A DNA stretch of 63,247 bases, filler included, from Saprolegnia diclina VS20 (Eukaryota): the NCBI RefSeq assembly GCF_000281045.1. It is 3 parts of one record of this genome, joined end to end, with 100 filler letters (N's around TTAATTAATTAA, not from the genome) between each part and the next. Parts side by side here need not be neighbours in the genome. Positions count along the whole stretch, not along the records: positions 33,073 to 63,247 come from NW_008246071.1; 2 more parts are not named here. One strand, given 5' to 3'. This document shows, in pieces, positions 35,378 to 47,782 of this stretch; position 1 is the first letter of the stretch; every line of letters starts with the position of its first letter. A program made the translations under genes and the position numbers. The notes under the pieces were generated by a model. The model was given only the letters and a program-made list of their open reading frames with translations. It ran no database searches and was not told the origin of the DNA.

Positions 35378-35535
35378 TCGACGTAATCCAAATACATCGC
35401 GGAGAGAAGCGCAAAGCTAAGGATGGGCAAGGAGATGGGAAGGATGATGGGAGTCGTAGAAGTACATGAGTATAATGATGCGATAGTTGATAGGGATGTT
35501 TAAATACTAGATATATAAGTTACGGCGCGGTCACC

Positions 35536-36015
35536 TTACTCTCCGATCGAGAAGGTTTCGCTGTCGACGAAGAGCTTGCCGTCCATCGACATGAAGCGCA
35601 CAAAGTAGTCCTTGTCCTTCGTGAGCGACGCAGGTACTTGTTTCAGCACAAAGAGACCGTTGTTCTCGACGTGATCGGCGATGATCGTGTACGACCGCGT
35701 GTTGGTCAGTGAGCTCTTCTGAAGCAAGACGATGCGGATCTCGGCGACCGAGATGTCGAGCGGCGCCCACTGCAGGATTGCGGGCTGGCTGCGGCGCCAG
35801 TGGGTCTGCTGCTTGGGCGCGCGGACGTTGAGGAGCTTGGGCGTCGTGGCCGCGCGGGCGAGGTTGCCCCAGCTCTTGGAGCGCACGAGCTGGCGCGGCG
35901 ACGTCTCGGGCGTCGAGGGCAGCTCGGGAATGTCCATCGCGCTGTTGTGTTCGTAGCCAAAGATCTCATCTTGGTTGTTCGTCGTCATCGGGGTCATGGT
36001 CTCGCACTCCAACAT
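35536..36015 (-). CDS. Hypothetical protein (about 159 aa)
   Basis: ORF with host-like codon bias and a beta-rich C-terminal half. CCAAT cluster upstream (36200-36270). Confidence 0.7.
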   Translation of the reverse strand: MLECETMTPMTTNNQDEIFGYEHNSAMDIPELPSTPETSPRQLVRSKSWGNLARAATTPKLLNVRAPKQQTHWRRSQPAILQWAPLDISVAEIRIVLLQKSSLTNTRSYTIIADHVENNGLFVLKQVPASLTKDKDYFVRFMSMDGKLFVDSETFSIGE

Positions 36016-37227
36016 GGTGGTGGGTAGTCTGTCGGTCGTCGCTGGAGGTCTTCTCGGGTCGCGAGAAAATTCGGAAATGATGGCTTGCAGCATCCGGCGG
36101 CGTCCGAGATGTGTTTAAACGCACCCCCAGCTGGGTTTGGCGCACGTTTGACCCGGACATTTCTTATGGGCGTGTGACGCATGTTTTATTCGACCGCCGA
36201 TTGGCCACGTGCGGAATCTCGCGTGTTGATTGGCCATAAAGCCGGCAACGTGCGCATGTTTCATCCAATCAGCGCGTGGGGATACAAAGCACGGCGTTTT
36301 GGACACAAGAAAGTTTCAATAAAATTGTGGTCGCCGGATGATTATTATGGCGTCGATTGGGCCGCGCAAACCAGCAGAGACAGGCTATGGACATGAGGTT
36401 TTGCCTGCTTTTCTGGGGAGAAAAAAACGTGACAAGAGCGGTCTCCAGCACCACGAGGTCAAGCGGCATGTCGTTCGCCCGCAACACACTTGCCGTCGTG
36501 AGTGCCAAGGGTACGACACACATTATATCGCCGTGCCTCCCTTGAAGCGACCGTTGGCCTTCGGTTGCTTACGCACGCCTTTTTTCGGCGTGCCACTTGC
36601 GACGACAGCGGCTCTGCCCACGCTTTTATCTTTTTTATCTCATACGCTGGCGATGACGGTGTCGCGAATCTTAATCTCTTTCGAAACAGCACTCTCAGGA
36701 TGCCCATGGAAGCCGGCGCTTCGATAAGAAGAATTTGGCCTTGTCGTTGTAGTAGCTGGACCACGCAGCTGCGTGTGATGGATTTCGTTCAGCTCCCGAT
36801 GTCGACGATCGCGAGGTGTCTTTGTTACCGTGCAATGCACGTGTCAGGCTCGACCAGTCCGCAGTAGAGTTCCGACACGCGCAATAGAAGAGGCATCACT
36901 GCATCTTTGCGGCGAGAGGACTGGCCCGCCGAGATGCACTTACAAAATTCATTTGAAATAGACGCGCTGCTGTCGCATACCGCACGCGGCCGCGTGCCAT
37001 GACGGCTTCTGGTGTTGGACAGGAGGCGACTCTGAAGCTTCTGCGCAATCAGATGCGCCACGACCGTCATTCTGCTTGGACCAAATTTCCAGCTGCGTAT
37101 CCGGATTTCGAAGCTTCCGGACAAATTCACTCTTGCGCTTTGTATGCGTTTCTTCGAGAGCCGCCTCCGGATACGCATTCTTTTTCCGGTCAATTGCCAA
37201 CGGGACGCGACGCACAGCACGAGCACG

Positions 37228-38092
37228 ATGGTGGGCCAAGTACGACGACGACGATGGCGTGCGTCAGCCATGGCGACAGCTCATCACGCTGGCGTAGGAG
37301 CAAGCACAGACGCAGAAGGCCATCACGCTCAAGGGCTCGGCGGCGATCGTAACCGAGTTCTTTGCCTTTAGCATCAACAAGTACGTCCAACGCAATCGCG
37401 AGCCAACGCTGATCCTGCGCCTTTAGTATTCTCTACCAGCGTGGCATCTACCCGCCGGAAAGCTTCACACGCGTGTCCAAGTATGGCCTCGCCATGGTGG
37501 TCACGGCCGACGAGAAGCTCAAGGCCTTCTTGGCGACCGTGCTCGAGCAGCTCTCTGGTGGACAGCCCCCTTTCTGCAGGCGGACTGAGGTGTTGTGCAT
37601 AGGATGGCTCGTAGCAGGTCACGTCCAGAAGCTTGTGCTGGTTGTCGCAGGCGTGGATTCGAACTCGGTCTTGGAACGATGGGTTTTTGATGTGTTCGCC
37701 GAGCCGCCGAACGAGCACGGGTACCAACAGCGTACGCACGAACAGCCTGTCTCACACGTGCATGCTAGCGACCGCATCTCGACCAAGGACGAGCGCGAAA
37801 TCATGAGCGAAATCCAAGCCATCATGCGCCAGATTACTGCCAGCGTGTCGTTTCTCCCCCTTCTCAACGAGGCGTGTGCGTTCGACCTCCTCCTGTACAC
37901 GGACAAGGACCTCGAGATTCCCCAGGCGTGGGAAGAGTCGGATCCGCGCTTCGTCGAGAACTCGATGCAAGTGCGTTTGCGTTCGTTCACGACCAAGGTA
38001 CAGATCTATCCCGATGGCTCTGAACGCCATGTTGCCAGATCCATCGCGTGGACACGCTCGTGGCGTACAAGGACCCGGATGCGACGGCGTAG
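37228..38092 (+). CDS. MAD2: Spindle checkpoint HORMA protein Mad2 (multi-exon)
   Basis: ITLKGSA.IV.EFF, ILYQRGIYPPESF, LERWVFD, EIQAIMRQITASVSFLP, WEESDP and VRLRSFTT. Confidence 0.96.
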
Positions 38093-38134
38093 AGACCGAC
38101 GCCCGGACAATGTATATGGGAATGGATGATTATC

Positions 38135-38872
38135 TTAGTCGGTCTTGGCCTTGGTGTACTTGGCGACCAAGGCGCCGACCTCCTTGTGGAACGCAGGGCT
38201 GTCGAAGTGGCCCTCTTCGTCAAAGAACGTGCCAATGTACAGCTCGGCCTTGACCTTCTTGGACGGCGTGAGCGTCGACTCGAACGTCAGGTGGTAGTGG
38301 TCCTTGTACTGCGGAATGCGCGTACGAACGTAAAACTGATCCTCGGGCCGCGCCTGTGGGATGTCAGATCATCGAGATGTGGCGATTGAAGATGCGCACC
38401 GTATCCGGGTAGACGCGTGCAATGATGTCCTTCTCGATGAACATGAGGTAGCCCGTGAGAAGCGAGTTGAGCACAAAGAAGCTAGCCATAGAGGATGAGG
38501 ACAGGAACAGAGCGATGGGATGTGGCATACCCGCCTGCGCACGCAAGGATGATGTTGCTGTCGTCCGGGAACGGCGTCTCGTGCCACACCGTGCCAATGG
38601 CAAAGGCGATTGCGACGACCATCGTGAGCATCTTGAGGTTGTCCGTCTTGTAGTTGAAGCCGTACTTGACCTCGTCCTTGAGGTGCTCGACGACGCTGTC
38701 ATCGAGGAGGTTCTTCACCGCGGCCTGGTCGCCCGTGTCGATCTTCGTGAGCGCTACTCATGCCCATGAGTGTCCTCTCCACGCAGTCGACCATGCATCT
38801 CGTACGCTTCTCTTCCTCGACCTCGTCGATATCCTCATCTTCGTCCTTCCGGCGGGAAAACCAGGCGCCCAT
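38135..38872 (-). CDS. SPCS2: Signal peptidase complex subunit 2 (SPC25), multi-exon
   Basis: KIDTGD..AVKNLLDD, two TM segments, FIEKDII and C-terminal IGTFFDEEG. Confidence 0.88.
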
Positions 38873-39471
38873 CTTGCGTCGCAATGTATTCCGGTCTGTC
38901 CCCACATGCCACGCGGCCAAATTGAAAAGACCTCTCTTTTTCGATGCCATCGTATCATATTATAGAGTACACTGAAATAGTGTAAATGTCTCCACCAACT
39001 ATTATGTTGGCCGCTGCAGATGCAAGCGATACTGTGCTAACTACCCTTTCAACCCACCCTGCAGACAGCAGCACGCGTGAATGCAACCGCAGCGGGCCAA
39101 TGTACCCTCGAATACGCACCAGCACCACGGAACCATACACTATTTCAAAAATACTTTCTGATTGGACAAAATACAGGCCAATGGTGAGGCGACAAATGAA
39201 TCCTCCCGACCAAGGCCGACGTCATCATTTTGCATCCACGAGGCAGCCGCGCGGTGGGAAGAGTCACACGGGCGCATGGACCATGGCTTCAAGTTGCCGC
39301 TTTGGCGCGTGCGAAGGGACAGGTTATAGGCGTGAGCAAGCCCATTAGCGCATCGAGCGTAACCCTCGGATTGCAGCGGCCGTAATCGCAATCCAAAAAA
39401 TAATTCAGAAAATTTAAATAAAACCGACCGAATCTTTCGTCGTCAGGGTCGCGACGAGAAGTGCGAAAGCG

Positions 39472-40965
39472 ATGGAGCCCGCTGACGTCACCGACGACGA
39501 ACGTCGCCGCTGCTGCGTCTCGCCGTTCGGCGCCTGCGGGCGCTGGCTACGCAGCCTCGTCGAGCTCTACGGCCTCCGGACGCTGGCCGTGCTCTGCGGC
39601 ACCAACTTGCTCTCGGGCCTCATCTCGATCGACCTCTTCGCCGTCGACTACATGTTCAAGGACGAGTTCCATCTGAGCCCATCGTCGGCACAGATCTCGA
39701 CGACGACGCTCATGCTGCCATGGGCGCTCAAGCCGATCTGGGGTCTCATCACGGACACGGTCTCGATCGGCGGCTTCCACCGCAAACCGTTCTACGTCCT
39801 CTGCGGCTGCTTGGCCTTTTGCTGCACGTCGCTGCTGGGGCTGCCAAACGTCGTGAGCTCCTATGAGCTCGCATTGGGCGTGCTCCTCCTGCGCTCGGTC
39901 GGGTACGCGTTCATTGACGTCATCATCGACGCGGTCCTCGCGGAGCAAGCGCGCAAGGACGTGGCGTCGGGCGCGCAGAACCTCCAGAGCATTGCGTCCT
40001 TCCACAAGGCGCTCGGCGTCGTGCTCGCATCGATCCTCAAGGGCCCACTCATCACTGCCCTCGGCCCCCGGCGCGTCTTTACCGTCATGTCGTTCGTCAT
40101 GCCTCTGCCGTACGTCGTGCTCTCGTGCGTCATGGTCGAGGCCCGCAATCATTGCACCGACTCGATCCGCGTCCGCATGCGGCGGCAGAGCCGACTGCTC
40201 GCGACCTCGTTCGCATCGCCGCTCGTGTGGCGGCCGGCGCTCTTCCTCCTCCTCTCGATCTCGCTCTCGCCGACGATCGTCCAGGTTTACTTTTACTTTG
40301 CGACGAGCGAGCTCGGCTTTTCGCCCAACTTTATCGCGTCGCTCTCGCTGATTGGCGCGCTCACGGCCATGGCCACGACCCTCTTGTACCAAGCCAAGAT
40401 GAAGCACGTCGCGTTCCGGTCCGTCTTTGTTGGCAGCCAAATCGGGGTCGTCTGTGCCAACGCCGCGACGCTCCTCCTCGTGACGCGCACCAACGTGAGT
40501 CTCGGGATTCCCGACAAGGCATTTGTGATTGGCGAAGACATTGCGATCGTCATTGTCAAGTACATGCAGATCATGCCCATCACGGTGCTCTGCGCCAAGC
40601 TCTGCCCACGCGGCGTCGAAGGCACGATGTTTGCGGGCTTTGACTCGATCATGAACGGCTCGTACCTCATATCCGGCTACCTCGGCGCGCTCATTGCGCA
40701 GCACGCGGGCATCACCGAGCGCAACTTTGAGCACCTCTGGATCGTCCAGCTCATCATTGTCGGTTCGCGCTTGCTCCCGTTCTTCTTTGTGTTTTGGCTC
40801 ATTTCCGACGACATCAACGTCCTGACCACCAACGCCGCGCCAGCCGAGCACGACGGCAATACTGGCAAGAAGGACGCCCACGCAGCGCTGCGAAAAGACA
40901 TTCTCATGCTACCGCCCGTGGACGCGGTGGCGAGTGTGACCGAACTGCAGATCCGACACGTTTAG
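39472..40965 (+). CDS. Folate/biopterin transporter (BT1 family, MFS)
   Basis: LPWALKPIWGLITD, GFHRKPF, DVIIDA and AKLCP.GVEGTMFA, with multiple TM segments. Confidence 0.93.
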   Translation: MEPADVTDDERRRCCVSPFGACGRWLRSLVELYGLRTLAVLCGTNLLSGLISIDLFAVDYMFKDEFHLSPSSAQISTTTLMLPWALKPIWGLITDTVSIGGFHRKPFYVLCGCLAFCCTSLLGLPNVVSSYELALGVLLLRSVGYAFIDVIIDAVLAEQARKDVASGAQNLQSIASFHKALGVVLASILKGPLITALGPRRVFTVMSFVMPLPYVVLSCVMVEARNHCTDSIRVRMRRQSRLLATSFASPLVWRPALFLLLSISLSPTIVQVYFYFATSELGFSPNFIASLSLIGALTAMATTLLYQAKMKHVAFRSVFVGSQIGVVCANAATLLLVTRTNVSLGIPDKAFVIGEDIAIVIVKYMQIMPITVLCAKLCPRGVEGTMFAGFDSIMNGSYLISGYLGALIAQHAGITERNFEHLWIVQLIIVGSRLLPFFFVFWLISDDINVLTTNAAPAEHDGNTGKKDAHAALRKDILMLPPVDAVASVTELQIRHV

Positions 40966-41132
40966 CGACACGTCTATCACTGCTGGCGTGATCTAGTGTG
41001 TGCTGGAATGTACTGTCTTTTATATATATTGTCATGCGACGACGAGACTACGTGGGCAAATGAAAGTGTCATGTCATAAGGACAATCAGTTCTGATGGGT
41101 GCGAGGGGTGGCTCGGGTTGACGTGTATGACA

Positions 41133-43424
41133 TCAAAGGTCGTTATGGAGAATATGGGCGTCAAGGAGCTTGCTGTTGGACGCCTCGAGGATGTTGGCGA
41201 TGTCGTGGAGCATCGCAGTGCCGACGCCGAAATCGCAGCTCCCAAGGATCTGCGTGAGGATCCAGTCCAAGCGATGACAGTACTTCTTCTTGCCAGACAG
41301 TAGTGGCGGCGCCTCGCTCGCAACCTCTATGATGTCCTTGGCCACGTCGACCAAGATATTGTGGACAGCGATCAAGTCGAGGTGCAAAAATCGACGCCAC
41401 TCGTCGTCGACCACGCGCCGAATTTCGCGCATGTTTGGGAGGCTGGCGCCCAGCGGCAGTGGCTCGGCGCGGGTGGCATACCGGTACGTGCGGCACTGGT
41501 CGGCATACGTCGCGTTGATCGTCTTGCGCTTGCGCAACGTGGACTTGTTCTGGGCTTTCTGGAGCTTGTTGCGCCGATCCCGCTTCTCGCGGTAGGCGGT
41601 GGCCGCCTCAAAAGCCTCCGAGGCGCGCTCGAAGGGCGCACTTGTAATCGCTGTCAAGAGCGCCATCGTCTCCATCGGCGCACCGTCCGTCATCACAAGC
41701 CCCGTCGTAAACGCGCCGGGTGCCGTCGGCCGACCCGCCGGCCACATGTGCTTGTCGGAGCCGAACAAGTCGATGAGCTTTTCCAACTCGGGCACGATCT
41801 GGACGTGACCACAGACGCGCAGCGCGTTGTAGACGTGAAGCACGAGTCGAGTGCGAACGCTTGTGCACAGCAGCACGTGCCCCGGGGCCCCGTTGAGGTG
41901 CGTCGCGCCCGTGAGAAGAAACTGGCCGGCCATGTACGGGTTGAGCCACCACCGCGCGCGGTTAGCGTCAGAGGCAAACTTGCGGTCTTTGGTCACGACG
42001 CCGAGCGTCGCTTGGTGCGACGCCGATACAGTGGCGAGGAAGGTGTCGAGTCGCGTGTCGGGCTTGTTGTTTGCGGTCGCTCGCTCCGCGCGGCGGCCTT
42101 GGCGGCACAGAAGGACGCTCTTGAACTGCTGCTTGAGCGCATCGGGGATGGTCGCAGCGACCGAAGCGACCGTAATCGTGTCGCGGCCGGGACCGTCCAC
42201 GATGGCCATGGCCCGCAAGAGACACGATATCGCGAAAACGAGCATCAGGGGGGCTATCCCGATTTTGTTGTCGAGGTACACCTTCAAGACCGGGAGGAAC
42301 GGACTCAAGCCTACTGTCTCTGACACGAGCTTGAGTGCATCGGTTTGGACCGAGACAGCGAGCCGCGGTACGACTCTGCCGACAAAGAGCCAAGTCAGCT
42401 CCTCGAATGCGGCGGCCGAAACCATGTTGAGCTCACCGGTCACGTCGCGAGAAGGCTTCTTGAAGTAATGATGAACCAACATGAGGTGGCTGCCGTGCCG
42501 TGTCGGTAGCAGAGCGCTGAGTTCACTTTTGAAAAACGCGTGGAGCTCGGTCGCTTCTTCCTCCGAGCGCGTCCATGACTGGGCGATCTGACGCAAGTTG
42601 CCGTCATTATTGTCGGCGTTACGCGCGTGCACGCAGGTAGTGACGGCAAGGTCGAGCGGCACGTCTTGCTGAAACACGAGATGCTGCAGCGAAGCGTTAT
42701 CGGAGAGAAGCACGTCCATACACTCAATCGACTCGATGTACGGGACCTCGAGCGTGAGCTCCGAGAAGAGCGACTGCACCGCGATGACGCAGTGGTTGGT
42801 GACGGCCGTTGCGGCCACGAGCGACGTCTCGCCGCGCTTGAACGCGGTCCAGACAGCTTCGACCTCGTCCAAAAGCTCGTACATATCCCGAAGGAAGCAG
42901 AGAGTGTGGAACCGGTCGGCCTCCAGCTGCGCTTGGCGAGATGCGCGCGCGGCTTCTTCCGACGTTGGAGCTGGTGGTGGCACAAACGTGGCGCCATCAA
43001 ACGGCGGCAGGTCGGCGTCAGCATCATCCGCCGTGTCATCCAGAGCCAGAGCTTCAAACACGTTCGAGAGGCCCTTGGTTGCCGTTGGCGGCCGACCGCG
43101 TGGTGTAAGCATCGCCTGGATCGCTCGGAGCACGTTGAGAAAGTAGAGATGGCCTTCTTCGGACGGCAAGCACTGAGAAGCCTGCCAGCGTAGGCGGATG
43201 CTTGTCGCCAGGTGGCGCCAGACATCGGTCGGGACTGGGACGCCTGCCTCGGCAACGGCGATGGCAGCTGCCCAGATCTGGCCCGTGGTCCACACTTCGT
43301 TCGTCGCCTGGATCTTCTTCGTCTTCTTTGCCGCTGTGCGCTGCAGCCAGCCGAGAAAGGCGTCGGTCGCAGCCTTGTAGCGGTGCCATCGACCCGACGG
43401 CTCGGTTGGCCCTGTTGCCGCCAT
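41133..43424 (-). CDS. DUF6604-like uncharacterised protein, 763 aa, intronless
   Basis: N-terminal YKAATDAFLGWL...I.LR...H.YFL.VL...N.F.AL pattern recalled from DUF6604. Confidence 0.7.
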   Translation of the reverse strand: MAATGPTEPSGRWHRYKAATDAFLGWLQRTAAKKTKKIQATNEVWTTGQIWAAAIAVAEAGVPVPTDVWRHLATSIRLRWQASQCLPSEEGHLYFLNVLRAIQAMLTPRGRPPTATKGLSNVFEALALDDTADDADADLPPFDGATFVPPPAPTSEEAARASRQAQLEADRFHTLCFLRDMYELLDEVEAVWTAFKRGETSLVAATAVTNHCVIAVQSLFSELTLEVPYIESIECMDVLLSDNASLQHLVFQQDVPLDLAVTTCVHARNADNNDGNLRQIAQSWTRSEEEATELHAFFKSELSALLPTRHGSHLMLVHHYFKKPSRDVTGELNMVSAAAFEELTWLFVGRVVPRLAVSVQTDALKLVSETVGLSPFLPVLKVYLDNKIGIAPLMLVFAISCLLRAMAIVDGPGRDTITVASVAATIPDALKQQFKSVLLCRQGRRAERATANNKPDTRLDTFLATVSASHQATLGVVTKDRKFASDANRARWWLNPYMAGQFLLTGATHLNGAPGHVLLCTSVRTRLVLHVYNALRVCGHVQIVPELEKLIDLFGSDKHMWPAGRPTAPGAFTTGLVMTDGAPMETMALLTAITSAPFERASEAFEAATAYREKRDRRNKLQKAQNKSTLRKRKTINATYADQCRTYRYATRAEPLPLGASLPNMREIRRVVDDEWRRFLHLDLIAVHNILVDVAKDIIEVASEAPPLLSGKKKYCHRLDWILTQILGSCDFGVGTAMLHDIANILEASNSKLLDAHILHNDL

Positions 43425-43791
43425 CGGGCCAAGTCCAGAATCAGGATGAATCCTGATTCAGGACTCGTGAAAGTCCTGGGTCAATAGTGAAAGTCAAGTG
43501 ACACAAATATTGAACCTAATATAATGAAAGACTGGCCTGAAACAAGGGCATGACATCCTGGTGATATTCAAGCAGCTTGAAACGAATGCATTGAGCAATT
43601 CCTGCAACATGGCAAAGCAGTGAGGTCGACGCTTCTCAAACGTCCATTGATGCTGTTCCCTCTCGACTCCTGCAGAGTGCGCCTGATACCTTCGTTCTCC
43701 ACTGTGCAAGTCGTCAGGTCCGCCGCAGGAGCTAACGAAACGACGCCGTGGGAAGGACTCTTTCATGTGGCGTGGTTTCAAGAGCTCTCAA

Positions 43792-46332
43792 TTACGCCCG
43801 CGAGTACGAGTACGCGTTGAGGTTGAGACCGAGTTGGGCGAGGTCGTGGAGCACTTGGGCCTTGACGTCAATGACGTTCTCGAACGCCACGTCGTGCATC
43901 GACGCGGACGGGTGCAGACTCTTGGGCGCCACAATATGCATGGACGCGCGTCGCATGCGCGTGAGGCCATGCTGCCGCGTCGCGCGCCGCTGGTCCCGGG
44001 ACGCAGCCATGACGAATGCAAACTCTTTGCGAATGATGTCCGACAAGTACGACGTTGGCGCGACTTCGACGCAGATGTAGCCGTGGTAATTCTAGACAAT
44101 AGTACAATTGATGTATACCAAGAGGTAAACGCGACAACCTCGATCGAAAGAAGGCGCTGGACACTACCGGGCGTCGATTGCTCTGTGAAGCGCACCATGT
44201 GCATGACCAAACTGTTCCAGCCACGACGGGCCGCCCAGTGCAGCGGCGTGTCGCCCTAGTTAGCATGACAGGATCCGCCCGCATAAGATCGTAGTTGTCG
44301 ACGCACGTGAAAGTCTTGGTGGCTCACGCAAGCGCCCTCGCTCAAAAGAAGCTTGACGACGTCGAGTCGCCCGGCGCGCGCTGCCTCGATGAGCGGCGTC
44401 GTTTTGCTGAGCACCTAGTCATCCAAGCGTCGATGCCAACAACGTCGACTTGCATTGTTCTTCGTACGCTGTCGACCGCGTCGACGTCGGCGCCCATTCG
44501 CAAGAGGTACTCGACCACAGACACATGGCCCGACCTACACGTATTGTACGTCTTTCTACGATTTCCGCATCGCACCAGCAAGCCGTGTGCAACAGCGTCC
44601 GCCGGCCTTCGTCGACGTCGCGGTTGTGCAGCACGAGCAGTCTTCATGCGGTGTTTAGCTCGGAGGAGGAGGGAGGACGTACTTGGCCGGTGACTCGATG
44701 AGAAAGTACTTTTGGAGCACGTCCAGTTTGCCCGTTTTGGTCGCACTCCAAATGTCGCCGTCGTACTTCATGAGAAACTTGCGCGCTTCGGCCCGCCGCA
44801 CTTTTTCATCGTCCGTGTCGTCGTCGCCTTCTTCAACGTCGGCCCGCGCTCGACTCACCTCGTCGAGGCGGCGCTTGTCGGCTTCGTTTTTGAGTCTACG
44901 CTGGTCATTCGGCGAGAGACACATGTCGTTGACGTGCGTACTTGTAGTGCTTGGACCGCCGGCCATGTAAAATCTTGTCTTTGGCCTACCGCCCACGTCG
45001 TGCCCACTTTAGCCACGGCGAACGAGTGCGTACCTTGCTCGACGACGCCGTGAGATCGACCATCTTGGCGTGCTTGTTGCCACTTACGTCGTCGTCAGGT
45101 TCGCCGGCTTTTCGCGACAGTTTGTTGCGCCGATCGCGCTCGCGCTCCTCGCGCTTGGCCCGGAGCTTGGACGGCAGCTCCTTCTTGACATCGATGCCCG
45201 CAGGCGTCGCTTCCATCGGCGCTGCTACCATTGGCATCTGGTTGCCACTAGCATCGGCTTCGTCGTCCATGAAGAGCGACTGCGCGAATGCTTCCATCTC
45301 GCGACCTCGGTCCTCTTCGGGAATCCCATAGACGGGTGCCGTGAGGCCCGCAGACGTTGTCGTTTGTTCGAGTTGCGACGCCAAGAGGTGCTGAAGGTCC
45401 AGCGATTCAATGCTCGAGCTCGCGCGCGGTGCTATTTGCTTGCGCGCGGCCGTGGCATTGGCTACGTTCTTGCGACTGCTGCGCTGCGCTTGCATTCTAC
45501 AGCGCGCGCTAAATACCGCCCAAAACGCACACAAACGTACGTATTGAAGACAGCCGAGTTGCGCTCGGAGGACGTGCGATCCATGTTGTTGCGCGCGTCG
45601 GCCTCGGCGCGCTGGCGCGACTCGACCTCGCTCCCGACTTTGGCCTCGAGCAGTGCAAAGTCCCGCGTCGCTTCCGCTGTCATACGCAGCCCTTCCTCGA
45701 GCCGACTTGGACCATCAATCCGCCGATACGCCATGCGAATCTAGTTGCACATTATCAGTGTTACTGACGCCAGCGCCATGGACGAGGGCACCTTGATGAT
45801 GCGGGCGCGCATGTCGCGCGCCATGATGTCAATGCGCGGGTTGTCCAGGATCGGGCCATTGAGCTCGGGGCACACGACGGCGTCGGTAAACGTCTGGGAA
45901 CTCATCGCGTTGAGGCCGTTGAGAATGCGCAAGCACTCGTCGCCAATGACTTGCTTGCCGTTGCAGAGGCGCACGACGTCGGGGCTCTAGTCGGACGCGT
46001 CAGAAGTTGATTTGGTGGGTGGTGTCGCACCGGCGCGCGCGCCTGAACCAGCTTGATCTGGTGGCGCTCGTACACGATGCACGCATTGTGCGCGGCCTGA
46101 ACGATCGTTGTCGCGCCAACGCCATTGCGGTCACGCGGGTCGCCCAAGTCGTTCTCCAGCGCGTCATCAAGGAGTGTGCTCACCTACGCGCCGTCGCACA
46201 AGCGCTTGCAGGCCACCGAGGCAGTACCTTTTCATACGCATCGCTCGTCCACTTGAACGGATCGGGCTCCGCGGCCAAGGCCTTCTCCAGCTTGCCCTTG
46301 ATCGAGCGCAGCTCCGTCGCCATCGACGCCAT
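43792..46332 (-). CDS. Multi-exon protein with C-terminal ankyrin repeats
   Basis: Exons link through GTAC...TAG introns. Ankyrin motifs GRRTLLHTACW/SGHVSVVEYLL.MGADVDAVD and GDTPLHWAAR. Boundaries approximate. Confidence 0.7.
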
Positions 46333-46599
46333 CTCGAACCGCCACGCTGTTAGATATGCGGCAATCACACCAACTTGGCTTGTTATAACACTCGACGGGG
46401 CTTCAAGTTAACAGACCTACATTCTGCTTCGAGGGGTGTAATCGCCGAAGGTCCAGGCGCCGGACGCTGCAGATGGTGGCCACGAGAAGCAGCCCTTGCT
46501 TCCACAGGGCGCAGGTGGCGGCTGCAAAGCCCCGTGATCGACGAGCTTCGATGTGCGTCCTGCTCCTATTTGCGGTGGCTGGAACGGTCAGTTTGAAAA

Positions 46600-47782
46600 A
46601 TGCAAGGTCGCATCGTGGTCGTTGGCGCGGGCGTCGTCGGGCTCACGACTGCTCTGCAGCTCTCGCTGGATGGTGTTCCGTCAAGCTGCATCGTTGTGCT
46701 CACAAAGGATGCGTCCGAAGACACCGTGTCCTGCGTCGCCGGCGCTCTCTGGGAAAGGTACGCGCGCCTGTCTCCTGCTGTACGTAGCTGACGCTGCATT
46801 CTAGCCCGCCGTACGAGATGGAGGCCAACCCGACAGCTGTCGGGTGGTGCGCGACGACGTTGCACAAGCTCACACAGCTCTCGCGGTACGTACATATTCT
46901 GCAAGCGATCTCTCTCTTCTTACGGTTCAGTCCATGGGCAGGGACCACCCCGAGACTGGTATCCACGTTGTCCCAAGCTTCACCGCGAGCGAGCGCCCGC
47001 TCGAGACGAACGTCGACGCCAAGAACGCGTGCACGAGCTACCGCGAGTGGGAGACGCCGTCGAGCGCCAACGCGCTGCTGCGGCGCGCTGGTGTGCCGGA
47101 GCTCAGCGACAAGTTCCGCCACTTTCAGACGTACGATGCACCGATCGCGGCCATGGACGTCTACCTCGCGTGGCTCAACGCCGAGCTTGGCCGTCGAGGC
47201 ATTGTGATTCGGCGCGAATGCGTCGCCGACCTTAATGCGCTCGCCACGCCCGACACGATCGTGGTCAACTGCACCGGCCTCGCCGCGCACGCGTACGACA
47301 AAGCCATGTACCCGTGCAAGGGCCAAGTCGTCCGTGTCCACGCGCCGTGGGTGCGCGCAGCGATCCTCGACATGGACTCGGGCGCGTACATGATTCCGCG
47401 CCCGAACGGCGACCTCATTTGTGGTGGCACGAGCGAAGACAACCAGTGGGATTTGGTCATCGAGGACCACGTGACTGAGACGATCTTGCGCAAGTGCAAG
47501 GCGATTCTGCCGTCGCTTGAGCATGCGCGGGTCCTCGGAGTGCGCACGGGCCATCGCCCCAAGCGGCGCGGCGGCGCGCGCGTCGAGACCGAGGCGTCGG
47601 CGCACGGTGGCTACGTCGTCCACAACTACGGTGCGTCTCTTCTTCGTGGCGGACTCTCATACTGCATAGGCCACGGCGGATCCGGCATTTGCTGCTCGTG
47701 GGGCACAGCGATCGACGCCTCCAAGCTCGTTCAAACCTGCTTGCGGCAGATCAACCAAACCCAGCATTTGAGCAAGCTCTAA
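46600..47782 (+). CDS. DAO: D-amino acid oxidase family protein, peroxisomal (multi-exon)
   Basis: VVVGAGVVGLTTA, VVNCTGL, KGQV, G.RP.R, VVHNYG/HGGSG..SWG and C-terminal SKL. Confidence 0.92.
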
